Positions 25,288 through 50,953 of a DNA stretch of 64,000 bases are shown one piece after another. Position numbers and translations under genes: made by a program. The notes under the pieces are model-generated. The model made no database searches. It saw only the letters and a program-made list of their open reading frames with translations, and had not been told where the DNA came from. Where the stretch lies: assembly GCF_009914755.1 (NCBI RefSeq), contig NC_060946.1. One strand, written 5' to 3'. Origin of the DNA: the human T2T-CHM13v2.0 reference genome, Homo sapiens. How positions within the stretch are numbered: position 1 is the stretch's first letter; every line of letters starts with the position of its first letter.

Positions 25288-25749
25288 GTCTAGCACAAAA
25301 CTTAGCACAAAATCTGCTACTACATGGACAAATGCAAGGTGGACGGATGAGGGGAACAGATCAATGAACAGTTCAGCCAGAGCTTGACAGCATCTCTCTT
25401 ATAGCCCCAACTGGTCCTGGGGCATGTGTGTGAGACTCTCTGAATGTGGCCCCCACCCCGCCCTGTGTCTACATCCCCTCTGGAAGAGGCTTCTCTGTAG
25501 AAACTGCCTGCCTGCACCTCCCATCCCTGGCCTCAAATGGGCTCCTTGCTCACTCCAATCCCCTCCTTACTGCCAGAAGGGGGAGCTTCCAGAACCCTCA
25601 CAGTCTTTCCTTGCCAACTCCACTGGCTCCCAGCTGCAAAAATAAATTCATGCACCTGACTTCCTGACTGTTGTACAGCAGTGTGAAGTGCTCCACAAAG
25701 GACTTACTAGAAGAGTCTTACCTGAAGCAGTATCTCAGAGCCCCTGGGG

Positions 25750-26707
<958 letters not shown>

Positions 26708-27986
26708 TGATTTTTCAACAAAAGAAAAAATGGTACAAGAAGTATCGGAAATAATTTCTCCATAAGCAAGAACAAGTTGATAGATTCACCAACCTATCAA
26801 AGGCTTCTGGTGCGGAAAGGACTACACACTGTTAGTTGTACTTCATTAATACTAAATTTGTCAATCTCAAGAATTTATCAATAAGCATGCCTCAAAGAAT
26901 TTATTCATACAGTTAATCAAAATTTGTGGATTCTCCCCAATTCCCTTGCATATTTAAACATGATTTCATCATAATTACAAAAATTATCAAATTATTCTAA
27001 GCATTTAATTAAAACTTAGGTCTAACATTTCAGCATATTTTAAATTTTTGATTTTAAACACCTTATAAATCAGACTTCTTAGTGCCCTTACACTAAAACT
27101 GGCCAAAAAGTGCTTATACGCAGCATTTAACTTTTTCCTTTGTTGTCTCTATTTTAATATCTTTTTATTGGCTAAATACACTTTTGTAAAACTAATATTA
27201 GCCTTTTGCAATTTAAAAAAATTAAGGTATAATTTGCATATAATAAAATCCACAGGTCTTATGTGCTCAATTCCATGACTTAACAACTGTACACACTCAC
27301 GGGACCACTACCCAAACAATCTAGAGGACACTTCCATCAATCCAGAGGGTCTCCTGGTAACCTTCCCAGTTTCCATCTCTCCTTTTTATTCTTATCTTAG
27401 CTTTGTCTTCATAGGGTTTTGATCATTGTAACATTTTTATGCCTTCCTACAGTTTCCACCATTTCTCTGTCTTCCCAGGAGTTGGTCTCCTGGGCTAGGG
27501 CTGGTAACAGCTGAGGCCCTCTGTGCACTCAGGGTCTGACGACAAGTTGCATCTGGAAGCAAGTGGCATGATCATAGCTCACTGCAATCTTGAACTCCTG
27601 GGCTCAAGCGATCCTCCCACTCAGCCTCCCAAGTAACTTGGGACTACAGGCACAAACTACTGTTTCCTGCTCCTGACGTTTAAAAACCATGACTGCTCTC
27701 TGGCAACAGCAAGTTGCTGCAGGTCCATCAGTGCCCATCCGAGGAGCCCTGGTCCCTCTAGATGAGTGCTGGAGCACACTTGAGCCATAGATAGTGGGCT
27801 AGAATGACCATCCTTCTGTTCGGGGCCCTTGCACCAGCAGTAGAACCATTAAGGCGTATATTTGAAGGCTATATGTTTTATACTGATCTTTCTCATGCAA
27901 TATTTAACTTCATAAAACATTTTCTACATGTAGACAGAAAAGAGGAAGTAGTACGCCTTTTTACCCTATTAAAGCTCAATTCATCA

Positions 27987-28112
<126 letters not shown>

Positions 28113-29548
28113 TTAAATAAATTTTGAAAAATCTGGGCCCTCCCTATCACAGATTTGACACTGCCCATAAGTGGTAAGGATGTGAAGAACATTTGCCCTC
28201 TGTCATTCATAAGGGTGCACACTGAGGTGGACTTTTTGGAGGGTGAGGTGCACCATCTATTATACATTCCCATATTTTTCACTCCAGCAGCCCCACCATT
28301 AGGATATATCTTCAGGGTTACATGCACAAGGATTCTCCTAACAGCACTGACTGCATTATCCAAAATGGAAAGACTCTGAATGCTCACCAACAGGAGACTG
28401 GGCAGATAAGCCAAAGCATACCCATTCGATGACACATCATGCAGCCACCAAACGAGAGGCAGCTCTCTATGTGAGCTGTTACAAAAAAAGTCTGAGACAT
28501 ACTATTAACAGAAAAAAGGAAGGTGCAGGGAACACATGTCCAGCATGACCCCACTTACAGGTTTCCTAAAGGTCTGTCTTTGCATGTGTATGTGTAGGCT
28601 ATGCATGCTTGCCTATGCACAGAAAATTTCTAGAGGAAAATTAAGAGGCCATTAACAGTAGGATAGTAGAAATGAAGTATTCACGTCTACAAAAGTGATA
28701 CCTGTATTTTTTCATCTTTAGTATCTTCTGTACTATTCCAGTGTTTTCTCTTCTCTTTTTTGTTTTATGCACTCTGTACATTTTTCTTTTATGGTAAAAA
28801 AAATATCTTTAACCTCAGGGGGAAAGGGAGAAAAAGGAAAAAGCGCATGCACTTGTCCCATGGGTGCTGTGAAGGGCTGTTCAGAGTTCCAGGGGCTCCA
28901 CTAAGGCAGCAGCGGCTCGGCAGGCCATGTCTTTTGGCCTCTGCACCAACCTGTCAAGAGTTAAGCCTCAGGAGGGCAGGCCAGGTGACTTTCAGCACAC
29001 GCATTCGAGTGTGCACGTGCACACACCTTTAACTTGATTTCCCAAATTCTCCACTTTGTGGTTTTAAAGCTCTCTCAATACCCAGTGGCTGGGAACCTGA
29101 GCCAGGTTCCTGAATAAAGGCTTTGAGGTTGCCTCTCTATGCTAACAGAGTGCTCTCAAGGGCCTGGTAGGCAGCCCGAGGTGGAAGGTGGGCTCACAGG
29201 AGCTGCTATGGGCTGCGTCTTAGAGTCTTCCTCTGCCAGTTAAGAGCCCGTCCTGAGAACCTGAGAAAACTACTCAGGGGCATACTCATGGGAAAGGCAG
29301 AGGTAGCTCTGCCTTCAAACCACATGAGGTTGAGAGGGTCTGGAGATACCTCTTCTAGCCGTACATGCTGGGATGAAAGCCATGTTTTTGCTCTGTTTGG
29401 GTCTGGCTTGTTTTGTTTTGGCTGTTTTTTCTTTGAAAATACATTGTTTAGAAAAAAGACTACAAACAGCTATACTAACAGGCTATAGGGGATGACAGTG
29501 AGGTCAGTGTTTTTTCTCTCTCTACTTATTTTGCAAGATTTTGTATAA

Positions 29549-30448
<900 letters not shown>

Positions 30449-31456
30449 CAAAATAAAAGACACTTACAATGAAAAAAGAACAAAGTCAACACTCCCTTGG
30501 CTCTGTGGGACTTGGGGAGAATGCGTCACTGATTTCCACATTTGGCTGTGTGTGGAGCCCCGGGCTGAGGGCAGGGAGGAGGAGACTGAGCAGGAGGGTA
30601 GGGTGCATTCCCATGCAACCAAAGCACTCTGCCTTTCTTTTATGTATTGAGCTTTCAAGGACTATTTTACTAGAGGGTTGGTGGCAACAATGAAAGGCTA
30701 AAATAGTGTTTTCCAAATAGCCTTTCTCTCAGGAACACTTTCTTTTTCAAATCATTTGGGAAAGAAATTATTCTACGACTTATTTGCATCCCTCCCGACT
30801 TAAGCTGAGTGTAATTTGACCTTTTCTTGACAACAGGAATCATCATTTTGTAGCCAATGTACTCAGCTGCTGTCCCAGGGCGCCTGAGGCCTCAGCACAG
30901 TGGGTCTGTATAGCACTGCCTACCTCACAAGCATGTCGGGGAGTGCGTAAACATGTGTAATGCAGCACAGTACCTGGTACAGCACAGACACTCAATCCAA
31001 GCTTACTTCTGAGGTCAACATGATAACAGCTGTAGATCCTAAGTGTCACTACCACTGTTAGGACTGCTGTGGCCACAGATGTGTCCTGAGCATCGGGCCA
31101 CATGCAGGACTGTTTTGGAGCCGGCCCCACCCCATGTCGCATTTGCTGTTTGTACTCAACCATGGTCCTGGGAAACAGCTCAGTGAGTGTCCTAGACACG
31201 CACTCAGCGAGGCTGGGTCCTCAGAAGGGCCTCGCTCAGTCCGTGGGCTGAGTTCACAACACTGACTGCAACTGCTCAGAAGCCTGTTTCCTATCAGAGA
31301 GAAGATGATGCGGAGCTTAGATACTGGGAGGTGTTACTATACGTGGTGTCTGGTGGTCATGAAGGAGGGGCATACGAGAAAAGTAGAGGGTGTTTTTGCT
31401 TGGTTTTTCAGAAAGTTTGCATGTCTTGGGAGAAGTTGAAAAAAGTCTCATGCTTA

Positions 31457-32019
<563 letters not shown>

Positions 32020-32223
32020 CTATAGTCATGGGTCCTTTGAGACAATTATCCCAAAAACTAGGCACAGAAACGAAGTCTGTTACCTGACTTGGACAGACTT
32101 TTCCTAAGGTGTATGGCATTCTCAGCACCCTAAACTACATCTGGGGACAGTAACACTTGCTAATACTTGCAGAAAGAAGCAGCTGCATGTGGACTCATTT
32201 AAACATGCTCACATTCATAATTA

Positions 32224-32493
<270 letters not shown>

Positions 32494-33090
32494 CTAAGAG
32501 CATTCTCAGAAACTCAGACTGGGTAGGAAAAGGCACACTGAGCAGTGATGATTCTGCCAATAAGCATTGTCCATCCACTCATTTACTGAGTCCCTAGTGT
32601 GCACCAGGTGCTGTGCCAGGGAGGAAAAAGCCCTGTTCCTGCACTTGAAGGACTTCCTGTCTAGTTTGGAGGCAGGTGAGCAACAGTTACAGTGGGGTGG
32701 AGTTCCCAGAGAAAGTGTCATGGGTCTCAGAGTTAACATTTGAGGAAAACTTAGCCAGGAAAGAAGAGAAGGCAGCCTGTCCAGCCACAAGAGCATTAGG
32801 TCCTAAGCCTGGCACTGTGGAGGGTAACAAATGCTCAGGAAAGGCAAACAATGGATGCGAGCCAGAGCTTGAGGAAGGGATGCCACTGGGGAGGCAGGGA
32901 GAGCACAAGAACTCTCATGGGCCAGGCAGCACAAATTTTCCAAACAGTAATCTTCGGCAGAATCCCCATATATGTAACAGGTAAAGCAGAGTTGCTTGGG
33001 TGCAGGTGAGGGGCTATTGTCCTTGTGTTCCTGCTCCAAATGCTGGGGGGAGGCAGGGAGAGACTCATCAGTGGTATAAATGGCTAAACT

Positions 33091-34166
<1,076 letters not shown>

Positions 34167-34646
34167 GTATAATAAATTAATTATTTTTGAGATAGGGTCT
34201 CACTCTGTTACCCAGGCTGGAGTGCAGTGGCACAATCATCACTGCAGCACTGACCTCGATCTCCCAGGCTCAAGTGATCCTCCCACCTCAGCCTTCCCAG
34301 TAGCAGGGAGGACAGGTGTGCTCCACCATGTCCAGCTAATTATTATTTTATTTATACTTTTTGAGATGGAGTCTTGCTCTGTCGCCCAGGCTGGAGTGCC
34401 GAGGCACAACCTCAGCTCACTGCAACCTTTGCCTCCCAGGTTAAAGCAATTCTCCTGCCTCAGCCTCCTGAGTAGCTGGGACTACGGGCATGCACCACTA
34501 TGCTCAGCTAATTTTTGTATTTTTAGTAGAGATGCGGTTTCACCATGTTGGCCAGGCTGGTCTCAAACTCCTGACCTCAAGTGATCTGCCCGCCTCAGCC
34601 TCCTAAAGTCCTGGGATTACAGGTGTGAGCCACCACACCTGGCCTA

Positions 34647-35109
<463 letters not shown>

Positions 35110-36097
35110 TGACACATGTAGAACTCACAATATGTCAAGAGAAAAAAATCCAAAACGTATAAATAATATGATATAGATTTTAAAAAATCTAAATATATAC
35201 ATATAGAACAAAGATGGGAAAAAGCAGCCACATGTTAAGATTATTTCTGGGTTGCTAGGGATTTCACTCTTCTTCTTTAATGTCTATATTTCCTGGAGCT
35301 CTTCCATCAACATGTTCCTTTTACAATCAAAGGGAGGGTGCAGGTGCCGGTCCAGGGCTTGGCAACCTGTGTGGAAGAAGGCTCCACACCTCTGCTTGAG
35401 AGCCGCCAGGGCACTGTGTCCTTGGGAAGAGTGGGCCAAGACCTGGGGGTGCAGGGCAGGCTCTGGGTAGGTGCTGAGGAGGTGGGGCACTTTGGAGAGG
35501 GCTGTGTGGAGGGCAGCAGCAGACGGAAGCGACACAGGGCAGGAAATCTAGAGCCACACAGGATGTGGCCACAAAAGGACAGTTGACAAGGGGCTTCCAG
35601 TTCAGCTAGTGGCCAAGGACAGTGACAGTAAGAACACGCAACTGTGGGACTGACTGTCTCTGAAGTGACCGGCCTCCCAGGATAAGGTCCCAAGTGATGG
35701 TGGAGATATGAAGGGGTTTCCAGACTACAGAATTCAAGGCCTATGTGGCTAAGAGGTTCTGGTACCTTCTAAAGAGAACTAGACTTTGGTGGTTATGGAA
35801 AGGGTTGCGCTTCTAGAATGCTTCCCTCTCAATGAGAACAGTAGCTCCACGTGGCTGGGAAGTTCAAAGTGGTTTTGACACAGAAAAGAGGAAGTAAGTG
35901 GACTCTATCTTTGATTTGGGATCCTACTCCTGACCCTGTGAACTTCTTGGCTCCCTCTTGAGGACGTTGGCTTGAAAGTGGCTCTGCGGGTTCTCCCTGC
36001 TCTCTGACTTCTCCGAGCCTGCTGGCCACTGTCTTGGCTGAGACTGCTCTAGTCTCCAGAAAGGAGATCTGCTCACTCCTAAGAAGTATCAAGGTCA

Positions 36098-36455
<358 letters not shown>

Positions 36456-36769
36456 TCAAATGCGACACATGAAACCCTGACCAGATAAAAATTAAAAACC
36501 CATAAAATACATGTTTGAAGTCATAGAGTAATCTGACTTGGACTAGACATGTGATATATGTGAGGCTTGTGATCTTCCCAGGAGTGATGGTAGCACAGCA
36601 CAGGGCAGAGACCCGTCCATGGAAGAAACACTGGTGCTAGTGCCCAGGGCAGAAGTGAGTGATGTCTTTAAGTGGATATGGAAAAATATTAACTATTCTA
36701 CCTAGGTTGTGGGTGTATGGATATTTAGTATTCAATTATTCCAATTTCTCTGTGTATGTATACATATTT

Positions 36770-37563
<794 letters not shown>

Positions 37564-37609
37564 CCCTCTGTATATTTTTAGAATTTCATGTTAAAAGATG
37601 GAAAAGTCT

Positions 37610-40117
<2,508 letters not shown>

Positions 40118-40699
40118 CACCCATAAACACAAAATGTATCACAGCCTCAGAGATCCCCACGAATGCCTAAGTGGCCCTGAATTTGGGAGGCACTGCTCAG
40201 TAATAGTCCTATCTGTCCCACAACAGACAGGAGTGCTGGGCTGCACCTACTGGCAACAAACACAGCAACCCTTGACTGAAGAAAGGTCCATGCCACAATC
40301 CCCTTATTCTGTAAGCCACTAATTTTGTCCTCTCTCCTCCACCTTTCACTGAGGAACGAGCTCTTGGAAGGACAGGGACACCCGCCTAGTAGCTGAGCCA
40401 GCCACATCAGTCCTGGAGAGCAGGTGGAGGGCAGATGCTGTGATCATCCCAGAAGAGAGGACACAGTTGGAGGCAGATGCATGGTCTCTACTTTCAGCTA
40501 CCCTCAATGCAGCCTGGTCCCCAGAGGCCTGAAGAGCGCCTTGTTTATGTGGTGACCTCAAGAGGGGCTGCTCCTGCACCAAGGCTATGTGTGCATGCTA
40601 ACACAGTAACCGTCATATACTCAAAGTGTCAGCTCTAAGAACTGGAGATGAGGAGCTGCAAGCCACTCTACAGTTATCAAAGGCACAGCTGAGGGGGTT

Positions 40700-40811
40700 T
40701 GTGCTGACCAAGCTGGTTGCCTGGTGTTTGGATTGGGACTTATTTACTTTGGAAAATATGCAGCAACAGCCCAGCACCAAAGTTCACATCAAAATCCCAC
40801 TGATGACCTTG
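40700..40811 (+). promoter_or_regulatory. SERPIND1: Putative hepatocyte-type, TATA-less SERPIND1 promoter
   Basis: FOXA-like TATTTAC 40741-40747, HNF4-like CAAAGTTCA 40778-40786, NR5A2/ERR-like TGACCTTG 40804-40811, reverse CCAAT 40732-40736, just upstream of a consensus donor. Confidence 0.6.
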
Positions 40812-40853
40812 GCTGCTTTCATCTCTGAAGCGCCACTTCTCAGAAACACAGAG
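40790..40853 (+). other. SERPIND1: SERPIND1 non-coding exon 1 (start approximate)
   Basis: ends ...cagaaacacagag|gtaagt (consensus donor); resembles the recalled HCII mRNA 5' leader. Confidence 0.75.
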
Positions 40854-41039
40854 GTAAGTTGGGTTTCTAATGTTTCTGCTGATTATAAATTATTTTTGGT
40901 GTTTACGGATAGGCAACTGGTTCATTTTTCTAGCAAACTAAGAATTCAGAAGCTTTCTACACTGTTTTAGAAGTGGGAAATGGTTTCATTTTTCAGTGTG
41001 CCTATTATAAAATTGTGTCAGTTCCATTGTTGGGAGAGT

Positions 41040-41746
<707 letters not shown>

Positions 41747-42379
41747 GCAGTTACTTCTCTCCCATTCTGCCTGCTCTGTTGGGCCTGGAGACCATACACC
41801 AGGAGGGATGACGGTTTATCAAGTGTTATGCTCTGATGCGTGACTGAAAAGGCCAACCCAGCTCTGGCAATTAGCAAGAAAGCACAATATGAAGTTCCCA
41901 GGAAAAAAAAAAAGCAAAACAAACTTTTGAATGATTTATCTTTAAAATATATTGTTTCTCTTCAAACAGTAATCTGGATTTAATCACAACCTAGTGATAG
42001 TTTTTAAACGTCTTCTACAATGTTTGTTATACTAAATAGCAAAACATCAGGAAGATTTACCTTCAGATCTTTAATTTCAATCCATAAAAGATATCAGAGA
42101 TATTTTCTCCTTCCTCTGGTAAGGGAATGACGAAAACTATTTTTGGCTTTTTATCAGATAATGTGGGAACAGGGTATAAGAAGTTTCCAAATATAACTTC
42201 TGAATACCGGGATAAAACATGCATGTCTTTACTCTGCCACTCTATCTGGCCTCAGATACGTTTTCCTGAATGCTTATTTATTCAAGTTGGTTTTTGTTTT
42301 GTTCTTTAACCTTATTTTTATCTGAGAAGAAAACATTTTCCCCCTTTGTTCCTTCTTCTTTTGGCTTTCTTTTTTAAAA

Positions 42380-45304
<2,925 letters not shown>

Positions 45305-46020
45305 TTAGAATATGTTTTCAGAAAGCCTGGCCCATGGACATTTTTCAACAGCATCTCCATTGCAAAGGTGGAATGGTGTGAGTCACACAGGCATGGCTGA
45401 GTCCCACTAATGCACATCCCTTCTAGGTACTCTCCAATCACCAGCCCCAGGTGCCCACTCAAGCCCAGCTCTTAGTGAGGTTTCCCTGACTCTCTGGGCA
45501 CTTCCACTCCTACCACACAGGGTAGAGCCACACCCCTTTCCGTACCCCCATGTGCTCTGGCAGCATTATTTTGAGAGCCTTCGCTTTACTGCACGTCTGT
45601 CCCATCTGTCCCCTGACTGGTCCATGAGCCCCTGGTGGGAACTTTGTCTCTGGTAACTAAACACTGTCTGGAGGTGGTGGACAAGGTGTCTGGAGAAAAA
45701 CAAACTCCTCCCTGGGATGCCTGAGCTCCCAGGATTCTAGAAGGTTAGTTTTGCAAACCTTTAAAGAAGGGATTTTCATCAAGGGGCCCACAGATCCTTC
45801 ATTGAGGTTTATGAGTCCCACATCAAAGGTTGGGTGTCTATCTACATCAGATTCTCTTAAAGTCCATGATCCTAAAACAGTTAAGAACTAATGCTGTGAG
45901 GGCCTCTTCCTGGGTCAAAGCCACAGGGAACCTGCCATGTGGATGCTGCAGCGGGGTGTGGATCAGCCAGGCCGCCTTTCACTGTGTTCTGTTTTCCCTC
46001 CCAGCTTTAGCTCCGCCAAA

Positions 46021-46909
46021 ATGAAACACTCATTAAACGCACTTCTCATTTTCCTCATCATAACATCTGCGTGGGGTGGGAGCAAAGGCCCGCTGGATCA
46101 GCTAGAGAAAGGAGGGGAAACTGCTCAGTCTGCAGATCCCCAGTGGGAGCAGTTAAATAACAAAAACCTGAGCATGCCTCTTCTCCCTGCCGACTTCCAC
46201 AAGGAAAACACCGTCACCAACGACTGGATTCCAGAGGGGGAGGAGGACGACGACTATCTGGACCTGGAGAAGATATTCAGTGAAGACGACGACTACATCG
46301 ACATCGTCGACAGTCTGTCAGTTTCCCCGACAGACTCTGATGTGAGTGCTGGGAACATCCTCCAGCTTTTTCATGGCAAGAGCCGGATCCAGCGTCTTAA
46401 CATCCTCAACGCCAAGTTCGCTTTCAACCTCTACCGAGTGCTGAAAGACCAGGTCAACACTTTCGATAACATCTTCATAGCACCCGTTGGCATTTCTACT
46501 GCGATGGGTATGATTTCCTTAGGTCTGAAGGGAGAGACCCATGAACAAGTGCACTCGATTTTGCATTTTAAAGACTTTGTTAATGCCAGCAGCAAGTATG
46601 AAATCACGACCATTCATAATCTCTTCCGTAAGCTGACTCATCGCCTCTTCAGGAGGAATTTTGGGTACACACTGCGGTCAGTCAATGACCTTTATATCCA
46701 GAAGCAGTTTCCAATCCTGCTTGACTTCAAAACTAAAGTAAGAGAGTATTACTTTGCTGAGGCCCAGATAGCTGACTTCTCAGACCCTGCCTTCATATCA
46801 AAAACCAACAACCACATCATGAAGCTCACCAAGGGCCTCATAAAAGATGCTCTGGAGAATATAGACCCTGCTACCCAGATGATGATTCTCAACTGCATCT
46901 ACTTCAAAG
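46021..46909 (+). CDS. SERPIND1: SERPIND1 exon 2 CDS: signal peptide, acidic hirudin-like repeats (EDDDYLD/EDDDYID), heparin-binding helix D ([10 protein letters not shown])
   Basis: [19 protein letters not shown]...CIYFK; exon starts 46005 after cccag; donor AAG|gtaaga; 889 nt. Confidence 0.98.
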
Positions 46910-47192
46910 GTAAGAGGCACCTTTACAGTTCTCACAGCAAACCCACAACATACTATTTTTGTATGTGGGTAGATTGAATGCCAAGAACTGTACTGTAGCT
47001 ATAATTTATCCAGGAAAACTAGACACAAGATTGACTCTGGAACGGGGACAGGGAAGGCCAAGCTGAAGTGACAGTAGCATCTGACACTTACTGAGCCCTA
47101 ACTCTGTGCTTTAACACAGCCTTGTGAGGTCATCACTGTTATTAGCATCCCCATTTTACAGAGGAAGCCACCAACACATGAAGTAAAAGGAT

Positions 47193-47572
<380 letters not shown>

Positions 47573-49342
47573 CTAGCAATCTGTTAAATTGGAAGAAATA
47601 ATACAAAAACTGTTTTAGCATTTGGCCAGCCTGGATTTGAGTTTTCTCTTTTCCTTTCCCAATTATCAATAAGCAGGAATATAGACAAAAGGCTAAAGAA
47701 ATGCACCTGTGAACTATTCAGCTTGAGCAGCTGACATTGACACCTACAAGTGCTTTTCAGGATACTTTTGAACTACTGGGCAGGTGGGATGGAGAAATAA
47801 ATTACTATTTCCCCAGCAACTGTTCTGGGCTGAGCACAAGGGCACTTTTTAAGGAGGTCACCCCACACCCATCACACACACATAGGACCCCTGGAATCCT
47901 AGGAATAAATAAGCATGGATTTGTAAAATCCAAACCTCTCTTTTCAAATATCCTCACCTGGACCAGACCAGAAGAAACCTCTACTTTACTCTCTAAGCTG
48001 AGAGTGTGGAAGGGGAAACACGAGGAATGGTTCGGCTTCAGGACTAATTGCGGTGACACACAACCACTTCTCTTTGCCACCAAGGACTACCAGGTACCTG
48101 CAAAGGGCAGTACTTGGAGGCCAGTGCTTTCTGCTAGTTAGCTCCCGTGGTTTTATAGCAGCCCAGGCGAAGGAAGGAGACCCCCCCCAGCTCCTGGCTT
48201 CTGTTCAGGGAAAGGGGGCCAGAGCCCCTCCTGATCTGTCCACACACCTGCTCTGTGCCTTGGCTGAGGCCCCTGCAGCTCTACAAGGCAGGCATTCTGC
48301 TGGATAGGCCAAGCAGGGTCACTCTGACACCCAGGTTTCCACCCCAAGGCATGGCACAATGCTGGCCTCCTGTGGGTGGAATCAAAGGCTGAGTTCTAAC
48401 AGGCTTGCGGCAGACACACACACAGAGACCACATGTACATGATGAACACACATATCCTTTTCATTACAGGTTATTAGTACAAGTTTTGGAATTGAGCAAA
48501 CAAGAGTCTAAGCGCTGGTTTCACCACTTCTCGTTTGTGTGACCTCAGACAAGTCATTCAACATCTCTATGACTCAGTTTCCTTATCTTTATCACAGAGA
48601 TGACACCCACTCTGACAGGGCCGAGGGAAGAACCATAAGCGATGGCAATGCAACAGAGTGGCACATGACAAGAGCTCAGCGAATTTGAGGGAATGAAACT
48701 GTAGATTACAATACTAGTACAATATGATAAACATATGATATTGTTAGTGACATTTATTTTACTTCTACTAGCAAATAACCTATGTTTAGGACTGACTTTA
48801 GAACAGGCTGGCAGAAGCATTTTTGGCAGCATCAAAGTCCTCCAACCTACTGGTCTGTTGGAGCCCCCCAAGTACACCAAAGAGCCTCTGCATTAGCCCT
48901 GGCTGAGGGTTCAGGGACAGGCAGAGAAGTACAGCAGTGAGCCATCCCTGCCTGCATGGAGGTGGAGAAATGATCAGGCATGGTCAGTTGACAATCTCCT
49001 AAACACAGTAACCCGTGTCATACCACAGTGTAAACACACGTGCAAATGCTTCTGCTTCCTTTCCCCATCATGAGAATAGTCACTCAATGCCGGGCATCAC
49101 AAGGGATCAAATGCTAGGAGTACCCAATCATTCATGGATGCTTCTCAAAGGGGACGAGTGTCTAGAAGTGTAATTTTAATTTCACTTAATTTCATATGGA
49201 ATCATCTCCATTACTAATTTTGTTCTAATTTTAATGTGATAATCACTTTGTAAAGCACAATAAACAGAGGCAGGCTCTCATGAGGAAGTCAGAAGGAAAG
49301 AATCCCAAGAGACATGGGACAGCTCCATCCAAACTGAAAGGG

Positions 49343-49550
49343 CCGTGATTCCCAAAAGAGCAATTTTGTCCCCAAGGTCTGAAGACACTTTTGGTTGTCA
49401 CAACCTGGGGGGTTGGAGTAAGCATTACTGGTATCTAGAAGGGGGAGGCTGGGGATGTTGCTAAACACCCTACCATGCACAGGGCAGCCCACATTGCCAC
49501 AAACTATTATGTGGCCCAAATGTCAAAAATGCTGAGGTTGAGAAACCCTG
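49343..49550 (+). mobile_element. MER20 (hAT-Charlie)
   Basis: ttttggttgtcacaac...ggcccaaatgtcaa...gctgaggttgagaaaccctg. Confidence 0.8.
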
Positions 49551-50023
49551 GGTGAGGCAGACTCAGGGAGAAGGGAATCGAGCTTCACTCACAGGCAGGC
49601 AGGAGCTGTCTGGTACTTCAACCTCCAAGACACCTCCTGCTCATCTCATCCTGGCTGCTCTACCCACCAGCTAGAAACCTTGAACAAGTTACTTCACTTC
49701 TTTGTGCCTCTGTTTCCTCATATGTAAAAGAGGGATAACAAAACGCACACAACTTGCATGTTGCTAGGAGCAGAAATGAGATAATACAGGAAAGGTGCTG
49801 AGAAGAATGCCCGGCACATGGCCAGTTCTCAACTACTAGTCACCCATTACTATTAGTTACTCACATCTTAGAGCTAACATAGACATGGGCTTATTCCTGG
49901 ATACACAGCACTGTCCCCATATCTACAGTGGTGATCCTAAGGGCAACATGGCATCACCCAAATGTCTTGTTAGTCACTACAGAATCACAGTGTGAGGGAT
50001 GAAGGCCATCAAGACAGAGCTGA

Positions 50024-50350
50024 GGCTGGCAGGGTGGCTCATGCCTATAATCCCAGTGCTTTGGAAGGCTGAGGCAGGAGGATTGCTTGAGGCCAAGGGT
50101 TTGAGACCAGCCTAGGTAACATAGCAAGACCCCATCTACAATTAAAAAAAAAAAAAAAAAGACAGAAAGAAAAAATAGCCAGGCGTGGCATGTGCTTGTA
50201 GTCCAAGCTACTGGGGAGGGAGGCTGAGGCAGGAGGATTCCTTGAGCCTGGGAGTGTGAGGCTGCAGTGAGCTATGATGGCATCGCCGCACTCCAGCCTG
50301 CATGACACAGTGAGACCTGGTCTCAAAAACCAAATAATAATAACAGTAAT
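50024..50350 (+). mobile_element. AluJ
   Basis: Alu consensus. Confidence 0.88.
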
Positions 50351-50679
50351 AAAAGCTGGAAAGAGCTCAAAGTTACTCATTTGACAGATGTGACAGATGA
50401 AGAAATAGAAGCGAGTTAGGTGCCTTACCATGGTCAAACAACTAGTTCGTATCAGACCCTACTCCAGAAACTATTCCAGTCCGGGTAACCTCTCGTTAAC
50501 CTCTCTTGTTAGAAATGCAAATTTCTGCCCAAATCAGGCCTCAGGAATCAAGAGACTGTGGGGTCGGCTCTGCAGGCTATCTGAATGAGGCCTCCAGGGA
50601 AATCAGATTCACTCTCAAGGGTGAGACGATTTCCCTAAAGGAACCTTCTCATAACAGCCTCTTCCTGTGGCCTTTACAG

Positions 50680-50953
50680 GATCCTGGGTGAATAAATTCC
50701 CAGTGGAAATGACACACAACCACAACTTCCGGCTGAATGAGAGAGAGGTAGTTAAGGTTTCCATGATGCAGACCAAGGGGAACTTCCTCGCAGCAAATGA
50801 CCAGGAGCTGGACTGCGACATCCTCCAGCTGGAATACGTGGGGGGCATCAGCATGCTAATTGTGGTCCCACACAAGATGTCTGGGATGAAGACCCTCGAA
50901 GCGCAACTGACACCCCGGGTGGTGGAGAGATGGCAAAAAAGCATGACAAACAG
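50680..50953 (+). CDS. SERPIND1: SERPIND1 exon 3, [12 protein letters not shown]...QKSMTNR
   Basis: acceptor tttacag|GA, donor CAG|gtattt; 274 nt. Confidence 0.97.

Noticed and set aside
25700-25725. Consensus minus-strand donor CAG|GTAAGA
   Set aside because: No plausible upstream acceptor; the upstream sequence is a sense Alu A-tail.
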